From: Felis catus
Taxonomy: Eukaryota
Direction of reading: 5' to 3'
DNA: 64,000 nucleotides
NCBI RefSeq assembly: GCF_018350175.1
Contig: NC_058369.1
Coordinates: 25,732,001 to 25,796,000, forward strand
Position 1 is the first letter of the stretch. Each line of letters begins with the position of its first letter. The notes under the pieces were generated by a model. That model ran no database searches. It had not been told where the DNA came from and was given only the letters and a program-made list of their open reading frames with translations. This document shows positions 37,183 through 49,335 of the stretch, one piece after another. A program made the translations under genes and the position numbers.

Positions 37183-38761
37183 TGGAGTTCGTATTTTTTA
37201 AAAGGTCCAGGATGCAAAAAAAGAACCACTGACCTAAAGAAAACTCTGTTGAGTAGCATATCCCATTGGAAATGAAATTCAAAATAAGCCCTTTAATTCA
37301 CATTTTTGTAGCACCTCAATTACGCTAAATGTTGCTTATTTGGTCAAAAAAAAATCCTTAAAAATAATGTCCCAAATGACGACAGTCCACAAGGATCTCA
37401 TTTAGCTATTTTAAAATGCAATCAACTATAACAACCCATTCCTACACTTTCTGGTTAAATTGTATTTTGCTACACAAACAACTTCAGGTTAACATGTCAA
37501 TGTAAACAATAGATGACTTCTAAATCTCTGAAGTCTTTGGAAACCGTTGTTTCTGTCATAGTAAGATACAGAATTGCTCATGTATCCGCTCATTCTATCA
37601 ACAAGTATGTATGGAACACCACTATGTGCCAGGCATGGCATTTGGCCCTATCTCCTGCTGTGATTAATTCTTGGTTCCCCTCTAAATTGTAGTCTAAACC
37701 TACAAATACAGGTTGAAGCATTTGGTTCGTATCTGGATGCCCAGCAACCAGCATAATGCCTAGATCTTAGCGGAAACTTAATGTGTGTATTGAACTGTGT
37801 AATGATAAAACAGAGAAGATAGGTTGAATACAAAAGCAGTAGCTTTGCTTTAAGAAAAACCTCCCTGGCCAATTTTCATAGCCAACTCATGCCACTAAAG
37901 TCTGAATGAGATGTTTTCTTAAAATCTGCCATCGTCACCAAAACAAACAGACAAAAATTTTCTAAACATACCTCCTTCTGATAACGTTTTCCTTGTACAC
38001 AAAGACAAGCAATGTCTTATGCTACAAAAGGGATCCTAAACAATGTCAAGAATAAATAACACTGGAAGGCCTTTCAATAAGGTGACATATAAATGGAAAA
38101 CTTGACAGATTCACAAGCAAAGGATTTTCCCTATGTTCATCTTGATAGTAGCTTTCAAGCCAACTGTTTCAGAAGCAACATCAAGAAAGAACAGTCAAGG
38201 GGGAAAAAAACCACACAAATAATAGAAATGAGGAACAAAAGGGGGAAATGGAGAAAATCCTGCTGAAATAAGCATTTCGGCTCAAGTTGGGTGGTCTAAA
38301 GTAACTATAAGAGTTACTGGAAATGACCGAAACGTCTAGGAGTCTAAAAAAAGTTGGCTGTGTGAGGTTTGGCTACTATAGTTCACCCTATGTCAGGGGC
38401 ATTGTTCGTTTCTTCAAAAAGTCGCCAACATCCTGCCTGCAGCCTTCTCGGGGTGCCGCTACCCATTTTAGTCACTCCTGTGACACCGGGTTAAAAACAC
38501 AAACAAACAAAAACGAACCTCAGCAAGTATTTAGGAGGGGCCTAGAAAGAACTTTTCACCCCTAGCCGCAGCCCACGATCCTCCCACGGGAACTGCCAAT
38601 GGACCGCAGCCCGGCCGACCAGCGGAGGGACGGCCAGCCACGCCCGGATGCGCGGCGGCCGGGGTCCAGACCCGTCGGCCCGTGGGCCACACGCCCTGCT
38701 GGAGCCGCCCGGGAGCGGGAACCCGAACGAGGCGCGGGGGCAAGGTGCAGCCGGGCCTCAC

Positions 38762-38998
38762 CTCCACGGCTTGGCCCAGCTCCAGGTCGAAGCCCACCAC
38801 ACACACGCAGTGCAGCCAGGCCGAGAAGCCGTCCCAGCGCAGCAGGCCCCGGCCGCGGCCCTCATCTTCTTCATCGTCCTCCGGCGCGCCTCCCGTCGCC
38901 AACACGGCCGGCGCCCCGCGCTCCTCGGCCGCCTCCACGGCCTCGTCCAACGGCCCGCGGGAGCTGGGCCCCGAGGCTGCCAGGCCCCGCAGAGCCAT
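38762..38998 (-). CDS. DENND6A: DENND6A coding exon 1 ([79 protein letters not shown])
   Basis: ATG at 38998; 237 nt = 79 codons; ends GAG|GTGAGG donor. The peptide matches the DENND6A N-terminus I recall ([16 protein letters not shown] uDENN start). Lies in the CpG island. Confidence 0.96.
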
Positions 38999-39111
38999 CC
39001 GCCGCCCCCTTGCTGTTCGCGCCGCCTCCACTGCGGACCGCGCAGCAGAGCGCGCCCAGCCCCGCGCAGGCGCAGCCGCCGCTGCCGCAGCGGCGGAGGA
39101 CGGGCTCGGCC

Positions 39112-39137
39112 GGGGCGGGGCCATGGCCCACGTGACC
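39112..39137 (-). promoter_or_regulatory. GC box (GGGGCGGGGC, 39112-39121) and E-box (GGTCACGTGG, core CACGTG 39129-39134)
   Basis: Exact Sp/KLF and USF/MiT-TFE-type consensus matches about 115-135 nt upstream of the ATG; binding is inferred. Confidence 0.55.
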
Positions 39138-39369
39138 CTGGGAGCTGGGCTCGGAGCTGGTTCTCCCTTGCCACCGCGCAGACGTGGAGTCGTAGTGCTT
39201 AGCTGGAATTGTGAATACCGCCCTGGCATTCTTGCCTTAAAGCTCTTCAAGAGTAGTTTATGAATCCTGACACTCTTCTTCGCAGTTCAACGATCTGGGG
39301 AGGAATTATGCTTGGCATGACAAGGTTCATAACTATAAGGTATTATTAAAATTATTACACATAATGATT

Positions 39370-39560
39370 ACGGTGGCTAACATTTACTGAACACTTACTC
39401 TGTGCCAGTTGATGTGCCAGCAAGTACTTTACAAACATTACTGCATTGAATCTTCACATCATGACTAGTAGGTAGACTTCATTATTTATTTCTTTTCACG
39501 AATAAGGAAATTGAGATTCTGAGAAGTTACATGACTAGACCAACAAGTATTACTACAACT
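39370..39560. mobile_element. MIR
   Basis: gctaacatttactgaacacttactctgtgcc...aaggaaattgagattctgagaagttacatgact. Confidence 0.7.
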
Positions 39561-39804
39561 CAAATGCCAGCTTTCAGTTCGTTCTCTGCTCTCTCGCCTC
39601 CTGATTAAAAGATCTGTTCCCTTCACTTAACTGTTCCCTTTCACCAAGGTCCCACCCACCTTTCTTGGCCTGGTTGCCTGTGACTCATTCAACACTCACA
39701 CAACATCTGCAGTGCTTTCTGAAACACCAGGTTGGCCTCCACAGCAACCTGTGGATCACTCTCTCTTAGCAAGGGTCTAGTCTCAGGCAGCTTTATTGTT
39801 GTTG

Positions 39805-39907
39805 AGATTTTATTTTTAAGTAATCTCTACACTGGACATGGGGCTCAAACTCACAACCCTGAGATCAAGAGTTGCATGCTTTAGGGACTGAGCCAGCCAG
39901 GCACCCT
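39805..39907 (-). mobile_element. Short old-type Can-SINE
   Basis: ctgagccagccaggcaccc head. Confidence 0.8.
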
Positions 39908-41104
39908 AAGCCGCTTTGCATCCGTGCCGAGAAGGCACTTGATCTATTGAATTATTACTGATTGTTGGCCCAGTGGGATACTACTGATTAGGATTTATTC
40001 AGCACCCTGAGTATAAACAGCACAATGAAAGTAAATAGGAAACACACAACAATACTCTAATAGAAAAATGAGTAAAAGACAATGGATAATAACGCACAAC
40101 ATTTTTAAAAAACAACAACACGGTTTTCATGCTTTTACACACATTATCTCATCTGATCCTCCTAGCAACCCAAAAAGGCAGGTCTTATTATTATTCCCAT
40201 TTTTCCAGTAAGGATTCTGAGGCTCCATGAGATGATAATGATGTCACAGCCAATAATAGGTGGCAGAACAAAGATTTAAACCCAGATCTCTGACTCAGCC
40301 AAAGCTCCTAAGCATTTTGCTGCACTACCCAGTCAAATCTACCCTAGTTGACAAACATTGTTCTGTATACATTCTTATGATTTTTATTTGGAGTGTTAGC
40401 ATCAATACTTCAAGGAAAGGGTCAATTATCATCAGACATCAATAGTGATGTTTGCTAAAGACTATTTTTAGGAAGTAAGATGAACTAGGGACAGCATTCA
40501 AGTTAAAAGCCAACTTTGTGGCCAAATCAATCTGCCCTCCTACTCTAGAGAACCACTGTAGTTAAGAGAGAAAAACAATGTGCTGCATTTAAGTAAGTCT
40601 CTAAACCCACTATTAGGAAAGCACAATAGCCTTTATTATTAAAAACAGAATTACAAAGAGCACTGGACTAGCAGTCAGAAGTTCTGGATTCTAGTGCCAG
40701 CTCCACCCATGATCATGGTAGGCAAGCTGCTCTAAGACTCAGTTTCTGCATTGATGAAATAAGAATGATCAGTCCCAGCCTACTCACCTCACTGATTGTG
40801 GGGAAGAGCCAAGCTATCTCAACACACACATTTTACTGGGTGCGTAATGATTAATAAGCTCTAAACACCAGTTGTTCCACAGGGCTGGTTCTTTGACATG
40901 TGGACACAGGCTGCCATTCCCTGAAATTCTGCTTCATAATTTGAATTAAAAGTAACTGCAAAATATAGTATCCTGAAAACAACATACTTAGAAGACTGTA
41001 AGTTTGATGAGAAAGAAAGCACACCAGGGCTCTAAAGAATCTTAAAGGTAGAAAAAATAATCATTTGGTTAGCTTTGGAAAAAACTAACCAACACTACAA
41101 AACT

Positions 41105-41314
41105 TTTTTTTTTTTTAATATTTATATATTTTTGAGAGAGAGAGGCAGAGCAAAATGGGGGAGGGGCAGAGAGAGAGGGAGACACCAAACTAGAAGCAGG
41201 CTTCAGGCTCTGTGCTGACAGCTCAGAGCCCCCAACACGGGGCTCAAACTCACAAATGGAGAGATCATGACCAGAGCCAAAGCTGTATGCTTAACTGAGC
41301 CACCCAGGCACCCC
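41105..41314 (-). mobile_element. Can-SINE
   Basis: SINE body; degenerate TSD taaccaacactac / taacaaacactac. Confidence 0.9.
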
Positions 41315-41514
41315 TAACAAACACTACTAAATTTTTTTTCACAAAATCCACAACCACTAGGAAAACAGAATGTTCCTATGGTTTTCTTTTTTCACCCTCA
41401 TAGCTTTGATTTTTGGCCTTAGCTCCAATTTTAACCTAGTTTCTGTGGCGAATACTTATATGGGTGCTAGGGGAAAAGTACTAATAATACTTCCTTTCTT
41501 CTTAAGGTTCTGTC

Positions 41515-42143
41515 ATTAGAACCTTTGAATCTGAAAGGATCTTGGATCAGCTCATCTCTCCAAACTTCTCATCCTATTCATGAATCTTCTGATGTTTGGT
41601 CAGCCAACTGCCATTCCAACACCCCGTATTAAGGTAAAGTATCTTGCAAAGCTGCTATGTTCTGGATGTTTATAAGGGCTAGGAAATTCTTCCTTTTATG
41701 GAGACAAGATCAGCCACTTTGTAATGTATACCCTTTGGTCTAAGTTGTGCTTGCTGAGATTACACAGAAGTGTTCAACTCTTCTACACAATAGCCTTCCA
41801 TATATTTGAAAATGGTTATCCCACATCCACATGTCTTCTAGTTTCCAGGGTAAACTACCCCAGTTCCTCCTACTATTCCTCAAAGGATGTAGTTTGTAGG
41901 CCATTCATCAACCTGTTGCACAACTGGGTCATACTCCAATTTATCGACATCACTCTTAGAATGTGGTGCCCAGGAGGAAACACCATCCTCCAGGTGTGAT
42001 CTGACACTGCCGAGTGTACTCTGGGACTATTACCTTACTTGTCCCAGCCACCAGCCTTCTATTAATGCTGGTTCAGATCACATTTGCTTCTTTTGGCAGC
42101 CAGGTCATATCGCTGGCTCAGGTTGCATTCACTGTCAACTAAT
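41515..42143 (-). mobile_element. CR1/L3 LINE remnant
   Basis: ccagggtaaactaccccagttcc...tgtggtgcccagg...ctccaggtgtgatctgac...ggctcaggttg follows the reverse strand of the CR1 RT 3' region. Confidence 0.75.
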
Positions 42144-42319
42144 GTGAGGAGTACGTAAGTCAGGGTAGGCTGCTTTAGCCAAGAGTATGACTGTATTCAT
42201 GGCTCTGCTGCTCTTCTAATATTACCAACAACACTGAGGACAGGATTAAAAACATTCCAAACTTCCCTATTTACCCCAACCAAACTCTTGGCATTTCAGC
42301 AATTTTATAATTAAAAAAA

Positions 42320-42363
<44 letters not shown>

Positions 42364-42400
42364 AAAAGAAGAAAAAGAAGAAGAAAGAAAAAAATGAAAA
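42320..42400. repeat. (GAAA)n microsatellite
   Basis: Direct reading. Confidence 0.95.
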
Positions 42401-42969
42401 GAAAGCGTGAGCTTTAGATAATGGTGTAAATTGCAATGCCAAATATCTGGACTTAATTTTACTAAAAGGGAGGGAGCCCAAATGCCCCAGATATCCACCT
42501 ACGTAGGCAGCTAGAGGACTTCCCTCTTGCTTTTGAGCTAAATACTGCTGCAGCTGCCACAGCATAATTCCACTTGTGGTGGTAAGAAAATACACGAGAA
42601 ATACACAGAGGCTCAAGTGCCAGTGTGTTACCGACGGAGAATGGAGTTTATTGCCACACATCTCTGGGAGACAAAATGCTTAACTGCAGGTTTATAAAGG
42701 AGAATCCAGGCAAAGAAGACAATGAAATACACTGTTGGGTGCTTCCTAAATAGTATTTATGAAAGCTTAAAAAGAAGATGAAGAGCTTTTGGCTTTCATC
42801 TTTACATTCCCAATATCTCTATGATGTCTTGTATATGACAGGCACTCAGTAAATATTTACTGAATGGATGAATGCACTTTAAAAAATCTCTAATTGATCA
42901 TCTCCTATTTTAGAGTTTTCCTTTCATGGTCAGTTGTAGGAACACATGAAAAGTTAATATGAAAATGTT

Positions 42970-43178
42970 TCTTTTTTTTAATTTATTTTGTATATTTGCT
43001 TTGAGAGAGAGAATGAGCTGGAGAGGGGCAGAAAGAGAGACAGAGAGAGAATCCCAAGCAGGCTCCACACTGCCAGCATGGAGCCCACTGCGGGGCTTAA
43101 ACTCACGAACTGCAAGATCATGACCTGAGCCTGAATCTAGAGTTGGACGCTTAACTGCCTGAGCCACGCAGGTGCCCC
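42970..43178 (-). mobile_element. Can-SINE
   Basis: TSD aatatgaaaatgttt / aatataaaaatgttt. Confidence 0.9.
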
Positions 43179-44105
43179 AATATAAAAATGTTTTTTTAAA
43201 TGTGGCTTCCTCTTAGTTTATGAGAAGCAAAGATAGTAACACCTCACTTATTTGAAAATTTACTTTTCCAACTGCCTGACCCAGTTTGTACCAGGAGACA
43301 GGTTCGGAGGCCTATTAGCAGTCAACATGCAAATCAGAAAAGGTAACCCGTAAATTTCATGCTCTTTAATCAGAGGTGTGAGGCCTTCACTTGCAAATTA
43401 TTTTGTCTAAATTCACACATAATTCTAAAGATATGCTTGTCTGGCTTCCCAGGCAGGGTAAGCAGCAAATAAAGAAAGTGGGGAGGCTTGAAGTTGAGCA
43501 TGAAAAGAACAGAAAACAAAAGGCTGCAGGTTAATAGAATGGAAGGAAAAGGAAAAAAGGAATCAGAGAACAGAGGAGTTCAGGAGGACATAGTGAACTG
43601 TTAATAGTGGTTGCCTCATGGGGAATAGGAATGGTGGGAAATAGAAGCACTGGTGAATAGAAATGGGGAACTTTGCTTTCTATTTTACACAATTCTGTAT
43701 TGTTTTAGTTATTGAGAGAGAGCATATATTGCTTTGTAACTAAACATTAAGAAATAACAAGAGTGTAATAAGAGTTGCTTACAATAGTGAAAAAATGGAA
43801 ACCACCTAAATGTCCAACAATAGGGGATTGACTGAAAAATATCCTATATCCAGTCAACAGACTATTATACAGTCATTTAAAATGTCATAGAAGAATATTT
43901 TGTAGCATAAAGATGTTCAACATACATATTTTAAGTAAAAAAGTAGATCACAAAATAACATATAGTGAATAATTCTGTTTTAATGGACTATATGCAAAAA
44001 AAAGGCACTAGGAATGATACAAAATATCTTGATGTTAAATTTTTTGTTTGGAATTAAACATTTTATTCTTCATCTGTGTAATATCTATATAACTAAAAGC
44101 TATTC

Positions 44106-44169
44106 TTTTAAGTTTATTTTGAGAGACAGAGAGAGAGCGTGTTCACATGAGCATGCACATGGGGGAGGA

Positions 44170-44212
<43 letters not shown>

Positions 44213-44338
44213 CCTAAGCAGGCTCTATGCTGTCTGCTCAGAGCCAGACATGGGGCTCAAACCAATGAACTGTGAGATCATGACCTGAGCCAAAACAAAG
44301 AGTCAGCTGCTTAACCAACTGAGTCGTCCACACACCCC
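44106..44338 (-). mobile_element. Can-SINE with an expanded (GA)n
   Basis: Direct recognition. Confidence 0.9.
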
Positions 44339-44448
44339 TAAATGCTTTTTTTAAATATGTATAATGAGAAATCAGCTAAAATACAAGGGAAAGAAATTAA
44401 ATTACAATGTTTTCACTTATATCTTTGTGGCAGAAACTGCTATGCCAC

Positions 44449-44952
44449 TGTGATGACTAATTGTATGTGTTAAACTTTACTGGGCCATGAATGTCCAGAT
44501 ATTTGGTTAAATATTATTCTGGGTGTGTCTATGAGGGTGTTTCTAGATGAGATTAACATTTCAAGTGGTAGACTTGAGTAAAGCAGAGTGCCCTTCCCAG
44601 TATGGGTGGGCCTCATCCAATCCATTAACAGGCTGAGTAGGGAAGAATTTGCTCTCTGCATCACTGTCTTTGACTTGGGACATCAGTCTTCTCTTGCCTT
44701 CTGACTCAGACTGAAATTGGAACTTATAGCATCAACTCTCCTGGTGCTTAGGTCTTTGACTAGGATAGAAACTATACCGCTGACTTTCCTGGGTCTCCAG
44801 CTTGCCACTGCAGATGTTGGGACTTCTCAGCCTACACAACCACACAAGCCAATCCTATATAATAAATACACCCCCTCCCCCCCTCCCACCCCTTCCACCC
44901 ATCCAGTATAATTCTCCATCTTACTGGTTCTGTTTCTCTGGAGCCTAATACA
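44449..44952 (+). mobile_element. MLT2-type (ERVL) LTR
   Basis: Starts tgtgatgactaattgtatgtgttaaact; contains ccagatatttggttaaatattattctgggtgtgtct; ends ggttctgtttctctggagcctaataca. Confidence 0.8.
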
Positions 44953-46350
44953 GACTTTGGTACTGAGAGTGGAATGCTACTATAACAAATACCTAAAAAT
45001 ATGGAATGGCTTTGGAACTGAATACTGGGGTTGAGGCTAGAGGAGTTTTGCTGTTCATAGAACTATGGCTGGTAAGGGGAATGATTCTGGTGAGGACTCA
45101 CAAAGAAAAACGGAGAACTGGAGAAGAAGCTTCTGTCTTTTTAGAGAATACATAAATAATCATCAAAAGAATGTTAATAAAATATGCATGGTAAAGGCCA
45201 TTCTGGTGACATCTCAGAAGGAAATGAGGAACATGATTTTGGACAATGAAGGAAGGTGATCCTTCTTATAAAATGACAAGCGAACTTGGCTGAACTATAT
45301 TTTTAGTGTTTTGTGGAAGGTAAAACTTGCAAGCTATGAATTGGATAGTTACTGAGGAGATTTCTGAGCAAAGTATTTAAGGGGATGTTTGGTTCCTCCT
45401 AACTGCTTACAGTAAAATCCAAGAGAGAAATGAGTCAAAGAAGGAATTATTAAGCAAAAATTAACCAGAAAATTGTCAGCCTATTCATAATGAAAAAATA
45501 AAAAGAGAGAGAGAGAGAGAGAAAGATTGGTCTGAAGAGAACACTAGGATGTGGCCAAACAACCGTTTGATGAGGAGATTAGCATGGATGTGAATCACAG
45601 AACTAATAGCCACCCCAACACAAAATGTAGGAAGGCTGTCAGACTTCTTAGATCCCACAGGGCTAGACCATGGAGCTATGCAGGTGCGAACTTGCGCTAT
45701 TCTTCAAGACAAAGGAAGAATAACCACAGAGGTGATTCAGAGGTCATCAGGGCTGTCTCCTCAGTTCAGTGTGTGTGTGTTGTTGGGGGTGGCGGGTGTG
45801 GGAGTAGTAGCTGTTGTTTCCGTTCATTGTGCCAGACAGCAGCCACCTGGAGCCTGGGCGCCAGGGCCACCCAGAACTTAGGGAGTGTGACCCCCCACCT
45901 GGCAAAGCTGCAGAAGCAGGACTACCACCTCACTGAGTCCAAAAGCAGAGCATCCAACAAAAAAAAGGATTATTCTCAAGCCTCAAGATCTAATGTTATC
46001 TGCCTTACTGGGTTTCCAAAGTACTTGGTATCTGACACCCTTTTCTTCCTTCCAATTTCTCTCTTTTAGAATGGGAATGCCTATCCTATGCCTGTCCCAC
46101 TGTCATATTTTCGAAGCATTATAACTTATCTGGTTTTGTATGTTGACAGCTAGAGAGGAAGAGGAATTTTACCTCAAGATGAATCATATCTCACCCATAT
46201 CTGATTTAGATGATATGTAAATGCATCTTTGAAGTTTAGACTTTAGGATTGATGCTAGGATAAGTTATGACCTTGGGGACTATTAAGATTGAATAAGCAG
46301 ATTTTGCACGCAAGAAGAACATGAATTTGGGGGCACGGCTGAGGGTAGAA
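44953..46350 (+). mobile_element. MaLR (MLT1A-type) internal sequence
   Basis: PBS-like gactttggtactgagagtgg; tataacaaatacctaaaaat..ggctttggaactg; purine tract before the 3' LTR. Confidence 0.75.
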
Positions 46351-46707
46351 TATTATGGGCTGAATGTCTGTGTGTCCCCAAAATTCATATATTGAAGCTC
46401 TAATTACCAGTGTAATGGTATTTGGAGCTGGAAGATAATTAGGTTTAGAAGAGGTCATGAGGCGGGGGCCCCATGATTTGATAAGTGTCCTTATAAGAAG
46501 AGACCAGAGCTCTCTCTCTGCCACGTGAGAACGCAACAAGAAGGGGGGCATGTACACGCCCTGAAGGGAGCCCTCACCAGGGAACTAAATCATTCAGCAT
46601 CTTGATCTTGGACTTCTCAGCATCCAGTACTGTGAGAAGTAAAAAACTACTGTTTAAGCCACCCAGGCTATGGTATTTTGTTATAGCAGCCCAAGGTGAC
46701 TAACATA
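46351..46707 (+). mobile_element. MLT1A-type LTR
   Basis: tattatgggctgaatgt...ccccaaaattcatatattgaagc ... tatggtattttgttatagcagcccaaggtgactaa. Confidence 0.85.
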
Positions 46708-47170
46708 GCCATCCAATATCCATTATCCCCCTTTTCATTAGTAATGTGGCCTGTGCCCCAAGTGCCATTTGGGGTGGCACTGAACACAAGTCAAATGCTG
46801 TATTTCTCAGCCTCCATAGAAAAATATATGTGACCATGTGATGAATGAAATGTTTGCAAAAGTGGTCATTGGTACATCTGGTTATACTCTTTAAAAAGCA
46901 CGCAGAAAAAAGTAAATAAACACAGCAAGCAGTTCTCGCCCTTTTGTACTCTTTACCTTCCTCCTCCTGCCAACCTAGATATAAAGGTCAAAATTCCAGC
47001 AGCCATTTTGGGACTGTGAAGAAAATATCAAGAGACTCGTATCCATAAGGAACGAAACCAATGCCAGCAATAACCTACCTTTGGACTTCTTAAAAATTAA
47101 CCCTTATCCATTTAAGCCTCTGTAGTTAGAACTATCACTTACAACTAAATGTAATTAATAACTGACATGA
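46708..47170 (+). mobile_element. MLT1J-like LTR (5' part at 44426-44448, split by the provirus)
   Basis: tgtggcagaaactgctat...ccaatatccattatccccc..ttagtaa is continuous across the insertion. Confidence 0.65.
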
Positions 47171-47359
47171 ATCAGAGTTTACATTAAAACTATTACAATG
47201 TACAATTACATCAGAAAACTCAAATGGTAGGCAGAAGTTAGAACAAATTTGTACTTAGAGTTCACTTCTCAGTTAATTACTTTTATACAAAAACAGATCG
47301 AAAAAATAGTTTTGTTTTGCAGAACTAGGATTTGGTTTTTGTTAGCTTTTTTTTTTTTT

Positions 47360-47930
47360 TTTCTGGATTCCCACTGCTCTTATTTGCCCATCATCCATTG
47401 TATCTTCTTCTGCCTAAGAGTCCTCGGTTTTTCAGCAGGAAGTCACCCTCCCATCATTCTCAGTCCATGAGATTCAGGAGGAGGTAAATGCTATCTCTGA
47501 ACTCCAGTGTGGGCACCTAACCGAGTCCTAGCCAGTCAGTGTATTCCATATACCTAGAACAATGATGGGTACGGATACATCCTCAGCATGACCCAATCAA
47601 AGAGTGCAACTTAACTCTGGAAGTCATTTGAACTATTCTGAAAGAGGCACTGTCCTAACATCAGGATTGCAGAGATGATAGAATGTAAGCTTGGAGCTCT
47701 TTGCAGCCTTATCACTATAAAGGAAGAGCTAGACCCAGAATGGAGCCAACAGAGAAAAAAACAAGAAATGCAAAGAGTAAGATTAAGTCCTAATGACATC
47801 ATTCAGTACTGGATTCAGCCAAGTCTGAACTTTTCAGATACATGAGTCAAATATACTTTCTTTTTTGGTTGAACCAGTTTGAGCTAGATCTTCTGACATT
47901 TGCAACTATGAGAGTCCTGACTAATATAGT
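47360..47930 (+). mobile_element. Old MLT1 (K/L-like) LTR
   Basis: Ends ttgcaactatgagagtcctgactaatata. Confidence 0.55.
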
Positions 47931-49192
47931 TACACATGGTAAATAATCTGGATTCGTCATATTAGCCTTTTACCATATCAAGTGCTTGTGGGAAATCTTC
48001 CCTGAGAGTTTATTTACCAAAAATTCAGTATTATAGAATGCTAATATAATGCATTGCTTATAGGTCTTTATATTATAAAATAACCCACAACTTATTTTTA
48101 ATTCAAAAAAAATATTATCATTAATATGATATAGTCATTATACGCTAGCCAAAGGATATTTATCTCACTAAAAAGTAAAAAAAAAAAAAAAATGAAAAGA
48201 AAAAGAAAAAGAAAAAAAAAAGAATTATCATTGGCAAGTGACCTTCAGAACAAAAAAAGAAAACTCATTCTCCCTTTCCTCTTCAAATATTTATTTAATT
48301 TATGAAACTTATAGTGCTGAATTGTAAGGGATAGCAAACTGAATGTGATTTCTAGGACCTTATAATTTAGCAGAGCAGACAAAACATTAATGCTAATAAC
48401 AGTTATATACAACATTCTCTGAAAATTAGAGAATATTAAGAAATAATATCTAGGGAGGTAAAAAAAATTTTGTAATATTATTATAGCCGCTAGAGTTCTT
48501 AGAGATCCAAGAATTCTTTCAACACATGGTTGAGGAAACTGAAACTCAAAGAGCCAGTGACTTAGTTCCCATGGCAAAATCCCTCTAGAAGCCAGACCTC
48601 CTCAGACACAGTCCAACATTCTTTCTTACCACCCCACCCTACCTCTGTTAGGAGAACAGCAACACACCAAGAAGTTTCTCCAACTGTAATTTTTCTTCTG
48701 TTTAACTTAAAATGGAGAATCTTAAAGACCACACTAAAATAAGTTTGACTCTCTTTTTATCATTTACAGAGGCAAAATAGTAAAGCTGTGCCTCAGTTAT
48801 CAGAGATTGCCTTCAATTTCTGTAATGGTTTTTGTCCCATTGACTTTTGTTTTTTATTAGACTAACCTTGAATGTGTAGCATCCCTGCCTGGAAAAAAAC
48901 CCCAAACAGCTTGTTTTGAACAAGCTAGACAAGCTAATGGAGTCTGATAGCCCAAACCAAACGAGTTAGCTAAGTTAAACTTAATACAGAAAGTCTTCCT
49001 GGCTGATTTCCCAAAGAGGCAGTGCCAGCCTGCAGAAAATACTAGAACACTGCAAATTCTAATTCTGTTGTAAGACTTGTGTCTAAGGAAATAAAGGAAA
49101 TGCAATGATTCCAAGCTGGTACTGCTGTTCCTAGATGCCTTGATGTTAAGTATTTACAAAGACTAGTTCTCATTTGAAATAATTGCTATGAA

Positions 49193-49335
49193 GAGCACCT
49201 GGGTGGCTGAGTCAGTTAAGCATCTGACTCTTGATTTCAGCTTAGGTCATGATCTCCTGGTTTGTGAGATTGAGTGTCAGTCTCTGTGCTGACAGCACAG
49301 ATAAATAAATAAATAAACATTGTAAAAAAAAAAAG
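49193..49335 (+). mobile_element. Can-SINE lacking the CT tract
   Basis: TSD aattgctatgaag. Confidence 0.85.

Larger units (their letters stand above)
38560..39200. promoter_or_regulatory. DENND6A: CpG island / DENND6A promoter and 5' UTR
   Basis: Abrupt GC- and CpG-rich segment in an otherwise AT-rich, CpG-depleted window; overlaps exon 1. Confidence 0.93.

Noticed and set aside
38562..39263. Several long overlapping ORFs on both strands (178, 184, 193, 138 aa)
   Set aside because: Stop-codon depletion in a GC-rich CpG island; only the frame encoding MALRG...AVE matches DENND6A and has a proper donor
42493..42512. Palindrome cctacgtagg with a superficial CTCF-like look
   Set aside because: Spacing does not fit the CTCF consensus; a 10-bp palindrome is expected by chance in 64 kb
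45551..46069. 172-aa ORF
   Set aside because: Lies in degenerate MaLR internal sequence; no splice support and no recognisable host domain
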